Positions 60,742 through 64,000 of a DNA stretch of 64,000 bases are shown piece by piece. The DNA lies in the NCBI GenBank assembly GCA_048571215.1, contig CP182352.1, positions 1,920,001 to 1,984,000 on the forward strand. The letters are read 5' to 3'. A program made the position numbers and the translations under genes. The notes beneath the pieces are model-generated. The model was not told the DNA's origin. It saw only the letters and a program-made list of their open reading frames with translations, and did not search any database. Position 1 is the stretch's first letter. Each line of letters begins with the position of its first letter. The stretch comes from Halarcobacter sp. (GTDB lineage: Bacteria > Campylobacterota > Campylobacteria > Campylobacterales > Arcobacteraceae).

Positions 60742-61893
60742 ATGAGAAAACAATTATTGCCACTTGCTTTAGGTGGTCTTGCTATTGGTACTACAGAATT
60801 TGCTATTATGGGATTATTGCCAGATGTTGCAAATGATTTAGATATTAGTATTCCTGTTGCGGGTCATTTAATCTCTACTTATGCTTTAGGAGTGGTTATT
60901 GGAGCACCTATTTTAGTAGCTTTAAGTGCAAAATTTCCTGCTAAAAATATCTTAATAGTTTTTATGGTGTTATTTACATTTTTCAACTTTTTATCTGCTA
61001 TTGCACCAAATTATTCTACACTTTTGATATCTAGGTTTTTAAGTGGTTTACCCCATGGTGCTTTTTTTGGTGTGGGTACTGTTGTTGCTGCAAAACTTGC
61101 CCAAAAAGGTAAATCAGCACAAGCAATTGCTGTGATGTTTACGGGGCTTACTATTGCAAATGTTGCCATGGTTCCCCTTACTACATACCTAGGTCATACT
61201 TTTAGTTGGAGAATTGCATTTGCTATAGTTTCACTTATTGGCTTAGTAACAGTTTTCTTTTTATATAAAAATCTTCCAAAACAAAAAGAGGTGAAAACTA
61301 TAACACTAAAAGATGAATTCCAATTTTTAAAGACAATTAAGGCTTGGCATATCTTAGCTATAGTAGCAACAGGTTTTGGTGGCTTGTTTGCTTGGATTAG
61401 TTATATCGCTCCACTACTTATTCATGTTACAAATTTTGAAGAGGGTAGTGTCTCTTATTTGATGATAGTTGCAGGTCTTGGAATGTTGGTTGGAAATATA
61501 GTTGGTGGATATTTAGCAGATAAAAGAAACCCTATAAAAGTAGCAATTTTTCTTTTATCTATGATGTTTATATGTTTAGTATTAGTATTTTTACTATCTG
61601 AATATAAGTTTGCAACTATAATTCTTACCTTTTTATGTGGAGCCTTTGGTATGTCTATTGGAGCACCTATCAATATTATCATGTTAGATAGTGCAAAACA
61701 CTCTGCCCTACTTGGAGCGGCATTTTTACAAGCTGCTTTTAATGTAGCAAACTCTTTAGGTGCATTTTTAGGAGGTATCCCTTTATTTTTAGGATTAAAT
61801 TACAACTACCCTGCACTAAGTGGCGCGTTTATGGCTTTATTAGGGGTTGGACTATGTTTATATTTTTTAAAAAGATATAAGGTTGAGAAATAA
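60742..61893 (+). CDS. MFS transporter, DHA1/AraJ-like
   Basis: LAIGTTEFAIMGLLP and GLPHGAFFG motifs; start at MRKQ. Confidence 0.9.
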   Translation: MRKQLLPLALGGLAIGTTEFAIMGLLPDVANDLDISIPVAGHLISTYALGVVIGAPILVALSAKFPAKNILIVFMVLFTFFNFLSAIAPNYSTLLISRFLSGLPHGAFFGVGTVVAAKLAQKGKSAQAIAVMFTGLTIANVAMVPLTTYLGHTFSWRIAFAIVSLIGLVTVFFLYKNLPKQKEVKTITLKDEFQFLKTIKAWHILAIVATGFGGLFAWISYIAPLLIHVTNFEEGSVSYLMIVAGLGMLVGNIVGGYLADKRNPIKVAIFLLSMMFICLVLVFLLSEYKFATIILTFLCGAFGMSIGAPINIIMLDSAKHSALLGAAFLQAAFNVANSLGAFLGGIPLFLGLNYNYPALSGAFMALLGVGLCLYFLKRYKVEK

Positions 61894-61942
61894 TTTCAAA
61901 TATCAATACTTCTATAGATAATGAGACTTAAAAGTTGAAATT

Positions 61943-62830
61943 TTAAAAAGATCTTAAAAACTTAGGTCTTAACATGCTACTATCATCTATTGCCATATCT
62001 AATACCTCAAGCAAATTAGCTTTATCTTTTGGTAAAGTCCCTTTTAGAGGCAATGCATTTGAAGCATGATTTGATCTAAAGATTATTGGATTTTTAGGAT
62101 TGATTAGGTTTATAAACTTTTTTTGTTCATCAAGCATATCCTTATCACTACAAAAAATAAACTCTTGATTTTTCTTTTCAAATCTTTTAAAAAAATCATC
62201 CTCTTTTGTATCACTTAGTCCTAATTGTAAGGTTGATAAATAGTTTATATGTTCACACTTGTTTATTAATTTTGCTGTGTCTTCTATATGTTGTTGTGAA
62301 AGTTTTTTTCCCCCAAGACCTAGTATAACTGTAGCTGAAATCTTTATATTTGCTTTTGCTGCTTTGTCTAATCCCTCTTTCATTTTATCTGGATTCATTG
62401 GTTTATTTATATATTTTAATAACTCTTGATTTCCTGATTCTATCCCATAATAAACCAAACTTAAGCCATTTTCTCTTAATAACTCAAGTTCTTCCAAAGA
62501 TTTTTCAAGAAGATTATAAGGGCTTGCATATGAGGATACCCTTTGTAGTTTTGGAAATGTTTTTTTTAGATATTGTAAAACCTCTAATAAAAACTCAGTT
62601 TTACAAGCAAATGCATCTCCATCTGCTAAAAAAACTCTTCTTATATCTTGATAATAAGATATTTCATCTATCTCATCTTTTATCTCTTCTATATCTTTGA
62701 TTTTAAATTTTTTTGTTTCATACATAGAACAAAAGCTACATTTATTGTAGCTACACCCCAATGTCACTTGCAATATAAGTGAATTTGCTTCTGCTGGTGG
62801 TCTATATACTGGTTCGTGATACTCAATCAT
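61943..62830 (-). CDS. Radical SAM protein
   Basis: CSYNKCSFC motif, RPPAEA, FRSNHASN. Confidence 0.9.
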   Translation of the reverse strand: MIEYHEPVYRPPAEANSLILQVTLGCSYNKCSFCSMYETKKFKIKDIEEIKDEIDEISYYQDIRRVFLADGDAFACKTEFLLEVLQYLKKTFPKLQRVSSYASPYNLLEKSLEELELLRENGLSLVYYGIESGNQELLKYINKPMNPDKMKEGLDKAAKANIKISATVILGLGGKKLSQQHIEDTAKLINKCEHINYLSTLQLGLSDTKEDDFFKRFEKKNQEFIFCSDKDMLDEQKKFINLINPKNPIIFRSNHASNALPLKGTLPKDKANLLEVLDMAIDDSSMLRPKFLRSF

Positions 62831-63251
62831 CTTTAAAAGTCTCTTCTTCCTCTTTTTTACCAAACATATATCTTTGTGAAGTTTTAACAGCAAGATACCT
62901 TACAAACAATAAAAAGATAATAACCCCAGATAATACTAAAATATTAAAGTTTAGACTACTATGCATCAAAGAATCCAGGGTATCTATATTTTCTGCATTT
63001 ATCTTAACTACATTGACTATTAATTCTCTCAATGCTAAAATTATAAAAGCATCAACAAGTATTGCTAAAACAACCCTTTGTTCTCTTATAAAATTAACCA
63101 CTGCTCTTACTATCTCTAAAAAGATAATAAAATACAACATATAGATTATAAACTCCATCAACATATTTAAAGATAAAGCTACTAGAAATAAAACAGAGGC
63201 TATGGATAGTTCTATATAAAATTTATCTTTTATAAACTTAATATTATCCAT
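62823..63251 (-). CDS. PsiE-family membrane protein
   Basis: IFLEIVR..LVDAFIILALRELIV pattern, 4 TM segments. Confidence 0.7.
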   Translation of the reverse strand: MDNIKFIKDKFYIELSIASVLFLVALSLNMLMEFIIYMLYFIIFLEIVRAVVNFIREQRVVLAILVDAFIILALRELIVNVVKINAENIDTLDSLMHSSLNFNILVLSGVIIFLLFVRYLAVKTSQRYMFGKKEEEETFKDD

Positions 63252-63262
63252 AATATATCCTT

Positions 63263-64000
63263 TTAGATTACTGCTTTTATATTTAACCAAGAGCTTGGAA
63301 TTTGACTTAAAGTTTTATCCTCTTGTGCCATAAATATCATAGTAGCAACCATTCCTCTTGCACTACTATCTCCACCAGCTTTTGCATTGTTTATTAACAT
63401 CTCTTTTAGATTATCGTATTTTGCTAAAAGATGCATAACTCCTTCAAAACCACCATTTATATCACAAGCTGGTCCAAAGTCTCTTATAGCTACAAAACTA
63501 TCTTTATCGTTAGATGAAGAACCATCTACTATATATGATTGAATTTTCATATCAAAATCTTCTCTTAAAAAACTTATTGCCTCTTGAATCGTTTTTCCAC
63601 CTAAGACTTCAAGTAAAAGTTTGGCAAAAAACTTACCACTTGTAGTTGCTTCATATGAGTTATGACTCGCTTTTATAAATACCTCAACATTATTCAAAAA
63701 CTCATCTTTATCTTTTGATACCAAAAGTAATGGAGCAATTCTTCCAACAATAGATAAATCAGTAGAATTAGAACCCGTAGGAGAAATACCTTTTTCTATA
63801 TTTTCTAAAGTATTTTTTGAGGCAGAGTCAATATATCCACCATAAATCTCCATTTTTGTTTTCCAAAAATCTATATACTCTTGTAGATCAAAACTCTCTT
63901 TATCTTTTATAAACTGATAAAGCCAAAGGGTTTGATCTCCATAATGGGTAAACTCACCTGCAACTTTTCCTTTATGCCAAATAGCTTGAGGAGCATTTAA
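63263..64000 (-). CDS. ADP-ribosylglycohydrolase-family protein (partial; starts beyond window end)
   Basis: Frame open to the window end with GEFTHYGDQ; C-terminal NAKAGGDSSARG. Confidence 0.85.
   Translation of the reverse strand, partial: LNAPQAIWHKGKVAGEFTHYGDQTLWLYQFIKDKESFDLQEYIDFWKTKMEIYGGYIDSASKNTLENIEKGISPTGSNSTDLSIVGRIAPLLLVSKDKDEFLNNVEVFIKASHNSYEATTSGKFFAKLLLEVLGGKTIQEAISFLREDFDMKIQSYIVDGSSSNDKDSFVAIRDFGPACDINGGFEGVMHLLAKYDNLKEMLINNAKAGGDSSARGMVATMIFMAQEDKTLSQIPSSWLNIKAVI

Overview
AT-rich bacterial chromosome segment. Gene content and protein style suggest Campylobacterota, probably Arcobacteraceae (inference). The backbone carries ppaC, ferritin, a YbhGFSR-type ABC exporter, an LhgO-like oxidase, two MCPs, a TAXI-TRAP transporter, two two-component systems, aspA, an AGCS symporter, xth, a diguanylate cyclase and other housekeeping genes. 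Four regions stand out. (1) Two integron-type gene-cassette arrays on the minus strand (about 15.85-20.15 kb and 56.0-58.66 kb) with clear attC sites. No integrase is present in the window. Three copies of a conserved attI/promoter-like motif head the (sub)arrays. Cargo includes a SIR2-like protein, and one attC is interrupted by an IS1182 remnant. (2) A 1.75-kb non-coding block (58.93-60.68 kb) of three tandem ~600-bp units. Each unit holds two related ~200-nt structured elements facing each other, with compensatory stem changes between copies. (3) An ectoine uptake and catabolism cluster (ectB-like, aldehyde dehydrogenase, doeA, teaABCD, MDR reductase, Ser/Thr proline-racemase-family enzyme, M20 hydrolase). 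It has a 49-codon leader ORF and a TeaC fused to an Ig-like domain. (4) An uncharacterised operon of an outer-membrane beta-barrel plus two secreted proteins (45.4-51.4 kb). No rRNA, tRNA or CRISPR array was recognised. All family assignments come from motif recognition by eye, not database searches.
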